A stretch of DNA of 64,000 nucleotides from a virus. Of this stretch, positions 9,495 to 18,759 are shown in pieces (within the stretch, counting starts at the first letter, position 1; each line of letters begins with the position of its first letter). The position numbers were made by a program, and so were the translations under genes. The notes under the pieces were generated by a model. The model made no database searches and was not told the DNA's origin. It worked only from the letters and a program-made list of their open reading frames with translations. The stretch lies in IMG/VR virus record IMGVR_UViG_3300028840_003851; one strand, given 5' to 3'.

Positions 9495-9584
9495 TTACCA
9501 CCTGTCATCCTCCCTTGCAAGCCCCGCTGCTATCAGCGCTAGTCCCACCAGGATTAGAAGCTCCCAGGGGAAGGGGTGAGTCAT
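9495..9584 (-). CDS. 29-aa single-transmembrane peptide
   Basis: MTHPFPWELLILVGLALIAAGLAREDDRW; ATG overlaps the endolysin TGA (ATGA). Confidence 0.5.
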   Translation of the reverse strand: MTHPFPWELLILVGLALIAAGLAREDDRW

Positions 9585-10408
9585 CCTGGGTCCTTCTTCA
9601 CCGCAGCCTCGTAGCTCAGCTCGAAGTGCATGCCGTCGTTCATGGTGTGCCCCAACCACCACAGACCATTCTTGTTCGCGATAGGAACGAGCTCTCTAAC
9701 ACAGCCTCTCTGCCCCACTAGTGCTGGTCTGCACCTAAACCCGTTCCATGCTGCGTTAATGTCTATGGCGGTACCGTAGCTGTGGTTGGATAGAACAGAC
9801 CTAGAGCCTCTGATGTACCGCGGCACCCACAGACCGTCAAAGGTCAGAATGTCGCGCACGAGCCCTTCCTTACCCCATTCTGCAAAGGTAGCTCTTAGGG
9901 GCTCTACAAACAACCGGTGGCACCAAACATCCTCAGCCCCCCTACCGTAGAGCACCCCACCGTGGAATACTCCTCTAACCTGCTTTAGCTCCGGTATCCG
10001 TGCCTTGACAATGTTCTGCTTAACCCAATCGTTGGTTATCTCTATGGCCTCAGGGTTACCGCTTACAGGAGCTGGTCTGTAGAGCATCTTCCCGAACAGC
10101 TCCATCCTCTCCGCAGGGACCACCTTGCGTATCCCCTTGGGAGGAGGAGGCCAGTTTGGTCCACGCTGCGCAGTACTGTCGCTCGCAACCACGGAGAACC
10201 CCTCCTTCATTGCTGCGGCGTAGGTGTCGTTACCTACAATACCGTCTATAGGGTAAAGAGAGCTCTTCCTCTGAAACTCTTTTGTGGCCTTCTCCGTCTG
10301 CCTACCGAACACTTTGTCGCAGACGCCCCAATAGAGGCGCTGTCCTCGTAGAAACTCTTGCCATCTAAGAACATCTTCACCTCTACTGCCTTTTCTCAAC
10401 GCCTTCAT
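9581..10408 (-). CDS. endolysin: peptidoglycan-binding domain + M15-type Zn peptidase
   Basis: LRKGSRGEDV..WQ..L...DGIVG..T PG-binding repeat; SNHSYGTAIDIN and DGMHFE Zn ligands. Confidence 0.88.
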   Translation of the reverse strand: MKALRKGSRGEDVLRWQEFLRGQRLYWGVCDKVFGRQTEKATKEFQRKSSLYPIDGIVGNDTYAAAMKEGFSVVASDSTAQRGPNWPPPPKGIRKVVPAERMELFGKMLYRPAPVSGNPEAIEITNDWVKQNIVKARIPELKQVRGVFHGGVLYGRGAEDVWCHRLFVEPLRATFAEWGKEGLVRDILTFDGLWVPRYIRGSRSVLSNHSYGTAIDINAAWNGFRCRPALVGQRGCVRELVPIANKNGLWWLGHTMNDGMHFELSYEAAVKKDPG

Positions 10409-10424
10409 GGGTCTACTCTACATC

Positions 10425-10748
10425 ATGAGCAAGAGCAAAGACAGTAAAGCAACGACAAAGAGAAAGCACGTACAGCTGTATCTAACACCTGCATGTTGGA
10501 AGCTGCTGTCTATGTACGCCGAGGTTCTAAGCGCAAGACACACAAGAATGGTGTTCCCCGGTAGGGCAGCTAGCGGCGTGCTATCCTACTTCTTGGTGAC
10601 GCACGCAGAGGAGATACAAAGTGAGTACTACGAAACCAAACGCGATTCTCTTGGCGCACGGTTATCCGGACTATTCACTCCCACTGAGCTGTCCGCGATT
10701 AGAGCCGCCGCAGGTGATGCCACCTCAGAGACTGAGCCTGACAGATGA
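10425..10748 (+). CDS. hypothetical, possible ribbon-helix-helix DNA-binding protein
   Basis: KRKHVQLYLTPACWKLL beta-strand then helix pattern. Confidence 0.45.
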   Translation: MSKSKDSKATTKRKHVQLYLTPACWKLLSMYAEVLSARHTRMVFPGRAASGVLSYFLVTHAEEIQSEYYETKRDSLGARLSGLFTPTELSAIRAAAGDATSETEPDR

Positions 10749-11022
10749 GCACGGACGCAAAGACCAAGGGATATTTGAAGCACTACTAGGTGACCCTAGA
10801 GCTCTATTTCAGGACCTGATAGACGACCCAAGCAGATACGGACCAGAGGTGTCCGCACTTATCCAAGAGATGATGGCTGGAAAGCAGCTGAGCGAGCTCA
10901 CGGACGACGAGCGAGCTATGCTGGATGCCGCCACAGTAGAGTTTGCCCAAGCACCCCCTCCGAAGCCTCCTGAGGTCAAGACCGCTAAAAGAAGACCACG
11001 AAGGGACCCTTGGGAGCTCTAG
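10720..11022 (+). CDS. hypothetical protein
   Basis: Acidic helical core; start moved to ATG 10720. Confidence 0.5.
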   Translation, partial: PPQRLSLTDEHGRKDQGIFEALLGDPRALFQDLIDDPSRYGPEVSALIQEMMAGKQLSELTDDERAMLDAATVEFAQAPPPKPPEVKTAKRRPRRDPWEL

Positions 11023-12353
11023 TAGACGTACCCGTACTGGCTCGGAGAGTGAACTAGACCGGCGTGCGGGTTAGCGTACGTCTCCTGAGGACCCACACCA
11101 GACCGTATATAGGGAGAGGCCGCCTGTGCCCCGCCTCTAGCTATCGCACCCGCTCCAAGAAGCCCCATTCCCGCCAACCCCGTAAGAGCTAGCTTACCGC
11201 CCGTACCGATGAAGGGCTTTGAGCTAGGACGTGCTACAGCCGGCCTCGGTAGTGCGGCTACGCCCTCTCTAACATCCCCCAGTACTCCACCAGCCTCCCC
11301 CATAAGCTGGTTGGCCTCCGCCGTCATCTTGTCCAGCTCTGCGGGGGATGCAGAAGCAGGAGACCTACCGGTAGCTCTAGCCGCCATAGCCTCCCTACCT
11401 GCCGCACTCTGAGCCTTTATATTCCGCCCTTCAGCCTCCCAGGGAGACATTGCCTCTGCTTTCTGTGCCGGAGATAATCCTCTAGACGGGACAGGGTCCT
11501 TAGCAAACCCTGCTCCCCCACTAAGGCGCGCCTGTGAGCCTGGGCTGGGAGACACACCAGGAGAGGGTAAGGTGGCCGCTGCCGCCGGCGGCGCAGGTAC
11601 AGACGAGGGGGGTACCGCGGCCTGCCTGTACGGTCCACCACCTGCCGGGGAAGCCTGTGTCGGAGTCTCTAGTACCGTCCTTCTAGGAGCCACCTTAGCA
11701 GCCGAGGCGCGGGCACCCCCGCTGGGTATAGGAGTATCTGCGGCAGTGATAGGCCGTACAGTCCATGTCTTCCTGTAGTCAGGAATAATCTCCCGGCTCG
11801 CGTTAGGAACATGGCTAGGAGCTGCTCTGCGCGCAGCACCCGACACAGAGGCTCCAGGACTGGGAGCCCTCTTAAGCTTCCCAGCCAGGTCCTCCCCGAG
11901 ACCTATAAGAGTCTTCTTTCCCTTGCTTATGAGGCCGCCTACACCTCCCATACCAGCCTCTTTGTGCATGCTGCGCGCAAGGGACTCACCCAGCTGCCTG
12001 CCGTACAAGGCGATAGATGCTTGCTTAGCTGCTAGCTCGTAAGCCTCTGGAGTCACAGAGGAGCCGAACTGGGTTAGGCGCTCGTACTCAGGGAGGTCAT
12101 GGTACATCTCAGGGCCGCCCTCTAGAAGCATCTCTCTGCGCTCCCTTATCATCTCAGGGTCCATGAGAGCGGCAGCTCTACCCGCCTGAGGACCAAACCC
12201 AGAGATGGTAGCCTCCATCTTCCTAGCCTCCGCTACCCTGGAGCGTATGTTGGCTTTTGCCTTCCTAGCCGCTAGAGCGTTAGCTGCGGCGCTGATACGC
12301 GCTGCAGTCTCCTCCTGAGAGGCAGCTTCACCAGGCGTAAGGAGTACGGGCAT
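11019..12353 (-). CDS. Pro/Ala-rich putative virion/internal protein with K-x-A sites and C-terminal glycine zipper
   Basis: AKQAS, HKEAG; GKLALTGLAGMGLLGAGAIARGG. Confidence 0.6.
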   Translation of the reverse strand: MPVLLTPGEAASQEETAARISAAANALAARKAKANIRSRVAEARKMEATISGFGPQAGRAAALMDPEMIRERREMLLEGGPEMYHDLPEYERLTQFGSSVTPEAYELAAKQASIALYGRQLGESLARSMHKEAGMGGVGGLISKGKKTLIGLGEDLAGKLKRAPSPGASVSGAARRAAPSHVPNASREIIPDYRKTWTVRPITAADTPIPSGGARASAAKVAPRRTVLETPTQASPAGGGPYRQAAVPPSSVPAPPAAAATLPSPGVSPSPGSQARLSGGAGFAKDPVPSRGLSPAQKAEAMSPWEAEGRNIKAQSAAGREAMAARATGRSPASASPAELDKMTAEANQLMGEAGGVLGDVREGVAALPRPAVARPSSKPFIGTGGKLALTGLAGMGLLGAGAIARGGAQAASPYIRSGVGPQETYANPHAGLVHSPSQYGYVY

Positions 12354-12940
12354 TACCTTCTCTCTTTCTTACCAGGGTCGGGCTCCTCCTCGACCCTCAG
12401 CCTGCTTGGTACTGTAACAGGAATCTTCACCACAGGTCTCCCCGCATCTATCGCGCGACCTCTTCTAGACGGCCGTACAACAACAGATACCCCGCCATCA
12501 CCCTTCTCTAGAGTCACCTTTGAGGCAGACTCCTCTACCGCATCCTTCGTATCCTTTAGCTCCCGCTTAGACTGCCTAGAGATGGTAAGAACATTCTCTA
12601 TTGAACCCCTGGCGTCTGATATGGTCGTCTGTGTCTCTTCCAGCTGTAGGGTGATTAGGTGTACGCGCAGTATAAGATAGCTAGCAACTAGCACGCAGAC
12701 GCCTACGAAGCCTAATAGAAGAACAAGCCGCTTGTTATTCTCCTTGAGCGCTACGGTGACCCGCCTAGACTCCTCTATCTGCTCAAGCGCCCTACTGTTC
12801 TGGTCTTGCATGTGACACAGAATCTCCCCAAGTGGGCCCAATAGGGCAGAGAAGTGCTCTCCGAGCTCGTCAATAGTGCTCTGCTCATCCCTACCTTCAT
12901 GCCGCATCTTAGTCTTACGGCGGGAAGCTGTCTCCGACAT
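12353..12940 (-). CDS. membrane protein with coiled coil (lysis/spanin-like candidate)
   Basis: One TM (LVLLLGFVGVCVLVASYLIL) flanked by heptad repeats. Confidence 0.55.
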   Translation of the reverse strand: MSETASRRKTKMRHEGRDEQSTIDELGEHFSALLGPLGEILCHMQDQNSRALEQIEESRRVTVALKENNKRLVLLLGFVGVCVLVASYLILRVHLITLQLEETQTTISDARGSIENVLTISRQSKRELKDTKDAVEESASKVTLEKGDGGVSVVVRPSRRGRAIDAGRPVVKIPVTVPSRLRVEEEPDPGKKERR

Positions 12941-13181
12941 GGTCTACACTCTCTTCCTCTGATATGTCATCAGGCAGGGCCTGGTATACCCCTGTTGTTG
13001 AGAGGACCTTGAGCTCTGCGCTCTTGCGCTCAGACTCCTCCTTAATATCAGCTAGAGACATCTGAAGCTTAGCAAGCTCTTCTCCCCGCTCACTCAGCTT
13101 CTTAGTCTCCTCGGCTAACCTGGAGTCTTCGCACTCCTCCTCAACAGGAGGCCAGAGCACCCTTTTAAGGAACGTCAACAT
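12915..13181 (-). CDS. coiled-coil protein
   Basis: Start moved to ATG 13181 (MLTFLKRVLWPP). Confidence 0.55.
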   Translation of the reverse strand: MLTFLKRVLWPPVEEECEDSRLAEETKKLSERGEELAKLQMSLADIKEESERKSAELKVLSTTGVYQALPDDISEEESVDHVGDSFPP

Positions 13182-13185
13182 ACCG

Positions 13186-13560
13186 TCACCTTCTACGCTT
13201 AACTGCTTCCAGGACAACAGTATCCAATGACTGGCGCACCCCCCGAAGAACCTCCTGCCCCTCCCTCTCAGAGGAGCGGAGCTCATCAATGCTAGACTTG
13301 GTGGCGCTGAAGGTCTCTGTCATCTTGTTGTTTAGGGTTATGAGCTCGGAAAGGAGCTTGTCCTTCTCTGAGCTCAGCTTCTCTCGGTCGGACACACGAG
13401 CATCCTGCACTCTGCTAAGCTTCCATATAGCAAAGATGGCGATTCCTACGGCTACTACCGTGATAGCCCCCAGGATGCTTGACTCGACAAGCGACAGCCC
13501 TCCCTTGACCGCTACCTCGGTCAAGCCTTTAGCTGGTTGGAGGGCTGTCATCAGGCTCAC
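13186..13560 (-). CDS. single-TM coiled-coil protein (holin-like candidate)
   Basis: TM SSILGAITVVAVGIAIFAIW followed by a charged coiled coil. Confidence 0.55.
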   Translation of the reverse strand: MSLMTALQPAKGLTEVAVKGGLSLVESSILGAITVVAVGIAIFAIWKLSRVQDARVSDREKLSSEKDKLLSELITLNNKMTETFSATKSSIDELRSSEREGQEVLRGVRQSLDTVVLEAVKRRR

Positions 13561-13937
13561 CCAAGGATGGTAACATGCACCTTGTTGTTGGTGCTGTGAA
13601 CAATCTGCATGGATGAGGTTCCTGCCACAGGAGCAGGGTTGCCGATTATCATGAATCCGCCGGCAGCTATCTCTATCTGACCGGCGACTCCACCGTTGTT
13701 CTGCACGTAGATGGGGGCTGCCGCAGGGTCAGCATCTACCTCTACCAGGATGAGCTTGGCTCCAGGAGCTGCGATGGTACCGAAGCACACGCTGTGCGTG
13801 CCCACGCCCACCAGGTTGAGCTCCATACGAGTCTTGGCCTCGTACTGGTTCGACAGAGAGAATGGGATTGGAGCTACAGGCTGCCCAGAGTCGGGCGGTA
13901 TCTGCAGGCTTCCGCTAACTGTAAAAGGCGTTGCCAT
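13557..13937 (-). CDS. putative virion structural protein
   Basis: 126 aa, all-beta composition, directly after the tube gene. Confidence 0.55.
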   Translation of the reverse strand: MATPFTVSGSLQIPPDSGQPVAPIPFSLSNQYEAKTRMELNLVGVGTHSVCFGTIAAPGAKLILVEVDADPAAAPIYVQNNGGVAGQIEIAAGGFMIIGNPAPVAGTSSMQIVHSTNNKVHVTILG

Positions 13938-13945
13938 GGCTCCTC

Positions 13946-14701
13946 CTAGCTACCCGGGATTCCCAGGAAGGTCTCGTTTGCGCTGGCTCCACCAGCATTA
14001 AGCCCGCTCGTAAGCGTCAAGGCGCTGATTGCGACCGGTACAGCCCTCTCAAACTGTACAGATGTCTGCTCCTGAATGAGCACTCCCTGCGCGTCCGTAG
14101 ACCAGGAATGGTTTGGGAGGTAGCATGCCTCGAAGTACATCGCTCCCAGCGCATCCTGGTTGATGTCTCTGATGTACATCAGCAGACCGATTGGCTGAGC
14201 GAACAGGTCTGACGCAAGGTTGATGTAGATGTTCTCGTACCCAGGAGGGATGACGACATCGTGAGGATTCGCCATGCTCGCCGTACCAGCGTTAGGCCAC
14301 AAGGCTGGTACGAAGGTGGGCGGGATGAGGTCCTGGTAGTACGCGTACAGGGTCCGCAGGAGGGACGGACCGTGGTAGTAGATGCGCGCAAGAGCCAGCT
14401 GACCCACCGTCCTACCAGCGATGAAGTAGGAACGCTCAGAGCCTATCTCAAAGATACGGCTGAACTGCCGTGTGTGAGACAGGTTGAAGTTCTGGATGAT
14501 GCCTACAGGGTAGACAATCTGGTTTGCATTCTGCCCACTACCGCTGATGGCAGAGGCGAACGACGCCGCCCCACCGATGTTCGCGATACGCGGGGGGCCT
14601 GCAGCAAGCATTGTGAAGCCTGCGTTTGCGTAAGCTCCATCCACCATCCCCGCTTGCACGTAGGTGGTGTACGGTTGCCAATCGGAGAAATTCCCAGCCA
14701 A
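13946..14701 (-). CDS. tail tube protein (putative)
   Basis: Position after the sheath; GIIQNFNLSHTRQFSRIFEIGS..YFI and EQTSVQFER patterns typical of myovirus tube proteins. Confidence 0.7.
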   Translation of the reverse strand: MAGNFSDWQPYTTYVQAGMVDGAYANAGFTMLAAGPPRIANIGGAASFASAISGSGQNANQIVYPVGIIQNFNLSHTRQFSRIFEIGSERSYFIAGRTVGQLALARIYYHGPSLLRTLYAYYQDLIPPTFVPALWPNAGTASMANPHDVVIPPGYENIYINLASDLFAQPIGLLMYIRDINQDALGAMYFEACYLPNHSWSTDAQGVLIQEQTSVQFERAVPVAISALTLTSGLNAGGASANETFLGIPGS

Positions 14702-14705
14702 TGTC

Positions 14706-15368
14706 CTATCCTCCTACCTCTCTGATAATCCTTCGTATTGTACGCGTCCCCACACCAAACTCCTTGGCGAGCTCAGTCTGGGACGCCCCAGAGGAGTATC
14801 TCTCCCGGATAGTTTTTCTATCCGATTCGGCGACCTTAAGACGAGGTACTTTACTCCTTCCTCGCCTCTTCATGTCATCCATGTTGTCTTGGTGCGTACC
14901 CAGGTACAGATGCTCTGGGTTACAGCACCTCCGGTCATCACATTTGTGCAACAACCACTTGTCTTTTGGTACCGGTCCTCTTGTAGACTCCCATGCGTAC
15001 TTAGGGGCCTTAACCACTGTAGCATGCGGACTGGGTTTGAAGACGCCGTACCCTGTGTCCTTTACTGCACCGGTCCAGAGCCAGCAGCCCTTGTCGGAGC
15101 TTGTCTTGTCTACCTTAGACCAGAACCTGCACTCCTCAGAGCCGCAGGTAAAAAACTTGCCCTCTCTAATCTGAGAGGCCCTGATAGAGCGCTCTTTCCC
15201 GCAGCGACACGTTGCGCGCCACCAGGTGTTGAAGTGCTCGTCAGGTTGAGCTTGCTTGGTGATACTGAGCCATCCGAACGTCATGCCTGTGAAATCGTCA
15301 AACCTTTTCATGAGGGTATCTCCTTTCAGAGCCCTTATTCCCGAAGAGGTTGTGACGTTATCCAGCAT
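14706..15368 (-). mobile_element. free-standing HNH homing endonuclease
   Basis: DFTG.TFG.L...CRCG N-terminal module; CWLWTGA...GYG, LHKCDDRRCCNPEHL..GTHQDN HNH; C-terminal HTH. Confidence 0.9.
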
Positions 15369-15371
15369 GAC

Positions 15372-15593
15372 CTACCTGTAAGTGCCGCCTAGCAGCTCAT
15401 ACAATTCTAGCGCATCGCCGTCTCCTGCGGCCCAGGCAGCCGCTCTAAGGAGCCTTGGGTCGGCTGATGCAGCCTTCTTGAGGTTTACCATGGCCACCGC
15501 AGACACAGCCGGGGGACCAACGTACTCCTCCAGATAGCAGCTGCAAGCTTGTGCAGCTGCTGTCTTTCGGATGAGGTCGATTGGTGCTCCCAT
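15372..15593 (-). CDS. small hypothetical protein with K-x-A sites
   Basis: 73 aa; RKTAA, KKAAS. Confidence 0.55.
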   Translation of the reverse strand: MGAPIDLIRKTAAAQACSCYLEEYVGPPAVSAVAMVNLKKAASADPRLLRAAAWAAGDGDALELYELLGGTYR

Positions 15594-15597
15594 CGCC

Positions 15598-18500
15598 CTA
15601 CACCGTTATTGTAAGGCGGATGTAGTTGCAGGGGTACGGAACGTCCACCGTCTCATCGATGAGCACCGTATCTGGAGTGTCCTCGTCCTGGATGATGTTG
15701 TTCACGTTTGCGCCGATGAGCACGCCAATATCGGTGAGGAAGGTTGTCAAACCGTCTAGCACCGTACCGAGAGAGTCCAAGAATCCCTGGGTGATGTTGA
15801 AGCGCCCGATGAAGTTCTTGAGACCTGTTCGCTGGAACTTCGCCGTCATATCCACAACCTTGGTGATGGAATCTGTACGGGTCTCGATGCTCGTCATGTC
15901 CGTGGTGAGCGCCATCCTAGCGGTCAATGGGGCACCCTCCGCCTCTTGCACGATGATGTACGCCCCTCCAGCTGCCATCCTGTTGAGCTGGCTACGAGAG
16001 AAGCTGTCGTTAGAGCCAATGACCCGCGTAAACCCAGACATTGGGAAGTTGGTGAATGACTGCTGTGGAGGCTGCTGGCTAATCATGCCCACGATGCCCG
16101 CACACATGTAGAAGCCATCCATGACTGTCTCTACACCACCGACGGTAGCTGCCGTCTGGTCCGGCACAACCATCCAAAAGCGCCTGTTCTGGAACACACG
16201 CCCAGTTGCCTGGATGTTGTCTGCGATGGCGTTTCGGTCAACGTCACCAGCCACCGTTACAAGCTCTGCACCGCGCACCTTGATTGAGAACTGCTCCTGA
16301 ACCAGGTAGGCCGGTAGAGGAGACGCGTTCAACGCCGTGGTCGAGTAGTAGCTGTCATCGTTCTCACCGGCGGCGAACGACGTACGGATTGTGATGGTAG
16401 AACCGGAGATGCCAGCAACGCTGTACCTCTTGCTGTCACTGGCGATGTCCAGGTACAGCCCCTCAGACACTGGGATTACGCCCGTAGGATTGATTCCCTC
16501 GGCGAGAACCAAGGTGGTGAGGTTCGTGACCTTGGTGTCGAATAGCAAACCAGTCGGACCAGAGGAGTTACCGTCGTTACCGGAGGCAATCAGCGTGTCC
16601 CTGGCATAGGAGGGCATGTCTGGGTTCCAGAGAACAATGCGTTCTCCCTTGTTTGACGGCTCGCTCATGAACGTTACGTGGGTGTTAAACACCTGCGCAA
16701 CTGACTCGTCGTGAGTAAGGGGGGCGATGGCGTACACCTCGAACGCCTCTAGGTACTCAGCCGCTCGGGTGAACCCCTCTACGGTACCGTAGGGAGCATC
16801 CGCACTGACCTCGTCTACGCCTAGACCGGTTACCTGTGAACCAGGGGCGTTCACCGAGGCAAAGTACATCCCCAATGCAAGCGGGTTGTCCGTGGTGATT
16901 GGCGGGATAGCATCCTCGATGTCCGTGGTGCTGTCCATCTTCAGCAGACCAGGATTAGAGGCTCTAGATGTCACATCTAGCCGCAAGGCCGTGTACGTTA
17001 GGTACAGAGGAGCGTTAGAGACAACTGGGTCTCCCTGCATGTCCCTCAGCATCTCTGGCTTGAGAATGGCATTGCCGTACAGGTCGATGGTCAGCTCCGG
17101 GTCCGGCCTAGTCGCCGACCCTGGGAGGTTCTTGGCCACGATGTAGAAGTAAGCTCCCACATTCGGGCTGATTGTGACCTGCGAGTCCACCTTTAGGCGG
17201 TCCGCTAGCCCGCCAGGGGCCACCTGAGTGATGAGCCCGTAGTAGGCGCCGTCAATCCAGAGCTCGTCGCCAGGCTCAGGTAGAGACATGGCCGTCGGCC
17301 TGTATGTACCTGCGGCCAACAGAGAGTTTGCCAGGTAGGTTCCGCCTATGACGTGTATCTGAGAGTCCGTACCGAAGTCAGAGTGCGTGATGGTGAGCAC
17401 GCCGCCAACGTCTGTAACGGTTAGCTTGCCGCCTGCGGCGGTACCGAGAACAGCCTCGATGGCTGTCTTCAGGTCTGGGGCGCCACCGGCAATAGTCACC
17501 TCTGTGCCGAGGAAGGTGATGGTCTGCTCCTGCTTACCGTCGCTCAAGATGAGTGTCTCTCCTGCCGCAGGCCAGACAGCGATAGGTCCCGTTCCAGATG
17601 CTACCGCCTGAGTGGGTGCCGCAGTGAAGTCCTCATTCGCGAACTCAAGAATAGGAGTTACAGCATCACCGTTGCCGTCATCTACCGCCTCTATGCTGTT
17701 GCCGTTGTGCGTCCCTACCAAGGATGACGTTGGGTCTAGAATCGCTAGAGCGTCAACGGTACCAGCACTCACAGTGAATGAGCCTGGATAGCCCGCGATG
17801 AGGGAGGTTAGCGTGAGCTCACCCGTAACCTCAATGGTCGCCTGGATGTCGGTCACCAGCGCCATGATGCGCGCTATCAACGTGGTCTCATCTACAAGGT
17901 GGCCGGCAGACTCGATGAAGTTGACGTTGATGACTGCTCCGCCTTCAAACTGAATGTTGAAGTCGGTACCATCCAGCGTGCCAGCGGGGGCGTACCAAAG
18001 AGGATTGGTGGCCTGGGTTATGTCGGTGGCTCCCGTAACCGTCGCTGCATCATCGACCACTCCATTACGGAGAAACGCAGCATCTCTCATCGCCTCGTAG
18101 AGAGAGGTAGACTCCCCGGTGTACATGAAAGCCCGAATAGAGCTGCTCTCTATCGCCAGCTCATCTAGGTTGCTGTTCGGGTCAGGGAAGTTAGTCTCAG
18201 GAACAACAACCTCGTACTGGTTGTACCCCGTAAGACCCTGGTACATCTTGCCCAACCCGATTGCAAAAGCAGTCTGGCACACAGGCGTTGTAGATGGGTC
18301 GATGTAGAGTGTCTGGAACTCTCCAACACCTACAGAGCGCAGGCGCCATCGGTCAGAGCCTACAAGCTCCGCTGTAACGGATGTTACGCTTTGCGCTGTA
18401 AGCGCTGCGTTCACCTGACTCACCACTGTTGCTGCGCTTAGACCCGTTATCAGGGGGTCATCGAAGACTACGGTAATGTTTGGTCCGTAGTTAGCTGAGA

Positions 18501-18747
18501 ACACTAGGTTAGCCCCATGCAAGCCTGTGTACGGTCCAGCTGGCGCCTCAAAAAAGGCAGGGAGCTGTATGAGGGCGTCTCCGTTTAAGGAGCTCGAGCC
18601 CGCAGCGTTCGTTTCGTAGACCTCCACAATCTGCTTGCAGACACCCACAACACAGCTGAGAAGTGTTGGTGTGATTACCGAAGGGGAGGTGGCCCGAAAG
18701 ACCTGAACTACCTCTACTCCTGGTTGGGGGAGCTCTTCATTAGCCAT
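15598..18747 (-). CDS. tail sheath protein (large, with inserted domains)
   Basis: PGVEV.Q.F N-terminus; C-terminal ALTTD...SITKVVD...FIGRFNIT...YPCNYIRLTI sheath pattern; 1049 aa. Confidence 0.85.
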   Translation of the reverse strand: MANEELPQPGVEVVQVFRATSPSVITPTLLSCVVGVCKQIVEVYETNAAGSSSLNGDALIQLPAFFEAPAGPYTGLHGANLVFSANYGPNITVVFDDPLITGLSAATVVSQVNAALTAQSVTSVTAELVGSDRWRLRSVGVGEFQTLYIDPSTTPVCQTAFAIGLGKMYQGLTGYNQYEVVVPETNFPDPNSNLDELAIESSSIRAFMYTGESTSLYEAMRDAAFLRNGVVDDAATVTGATDITQATNPLWYAPAGTLDGTDFNIQFEGGAVINVNFIESAGHLVDETTLIARIMALVTDIQATIEVTGELTLTSLIAGYPGSFTVSAGTVDALAILDPTSSLVGTHNGNSIEAVDDGNGDAVTPILEFANEDFTAAPTQAVASGTGPIAVWPAAGETLILSDGKQEQTITFLGTEVTIAGGAPDLKTAIEAVLGTAAGGKLTVTDVGGVLTITHSDFGTDSQIHVIGGTYLANSLLAAGTYRPTAMSLPEPGDELWIDGAYYGLITQVAPGGLADRLKVDSQVTISPNVGAYFYIVAKNLPGSATRPDPELTIDLYGNAILKPEMLRDMQGDPVVSNAPLYLTYTALRLDVTSRASNPGLLKMDSTTDIEDAIPPITTDNPLALGMYFASVNAPGSQVTGLGVDEVSADAPYGTVEGFTRAAEYLEAFEVYAIAPLTHDESVAQVFNTHVTFMSEPSNKGERIVLWNPDMPSYARDTLIASGNDGNSSGPTGLLFDTKVTNLTTLVLAEGINPTGVIPVSEGLYLDIASDSKRYSVAGISGSTITIRTSFAAGENDDSYYSTTALNASPLPAYLVQEQFSIKVRGAELVTVAGDVDRNAIADNIQATGRVFQNRRFWMVVPDQTAATVGGVETVMDGFYMCAGIVGMISQQPPQQSFTNFPMSGFTRVIGSNDSFSRSQLNRMAAGGAYIIVQEAEGAPLTARMALTTDMTSIETRTDSITKVVDMTAKFQRTGLKNFIGRFNITQGFLDSLGTVLDGLTTFLTDIGVLIGANVNNIIQDEDTPDTVLIDETVDVPYPCNYIRLTITV

Positions 18748-18759
18748 CTTCTGCTCCTT

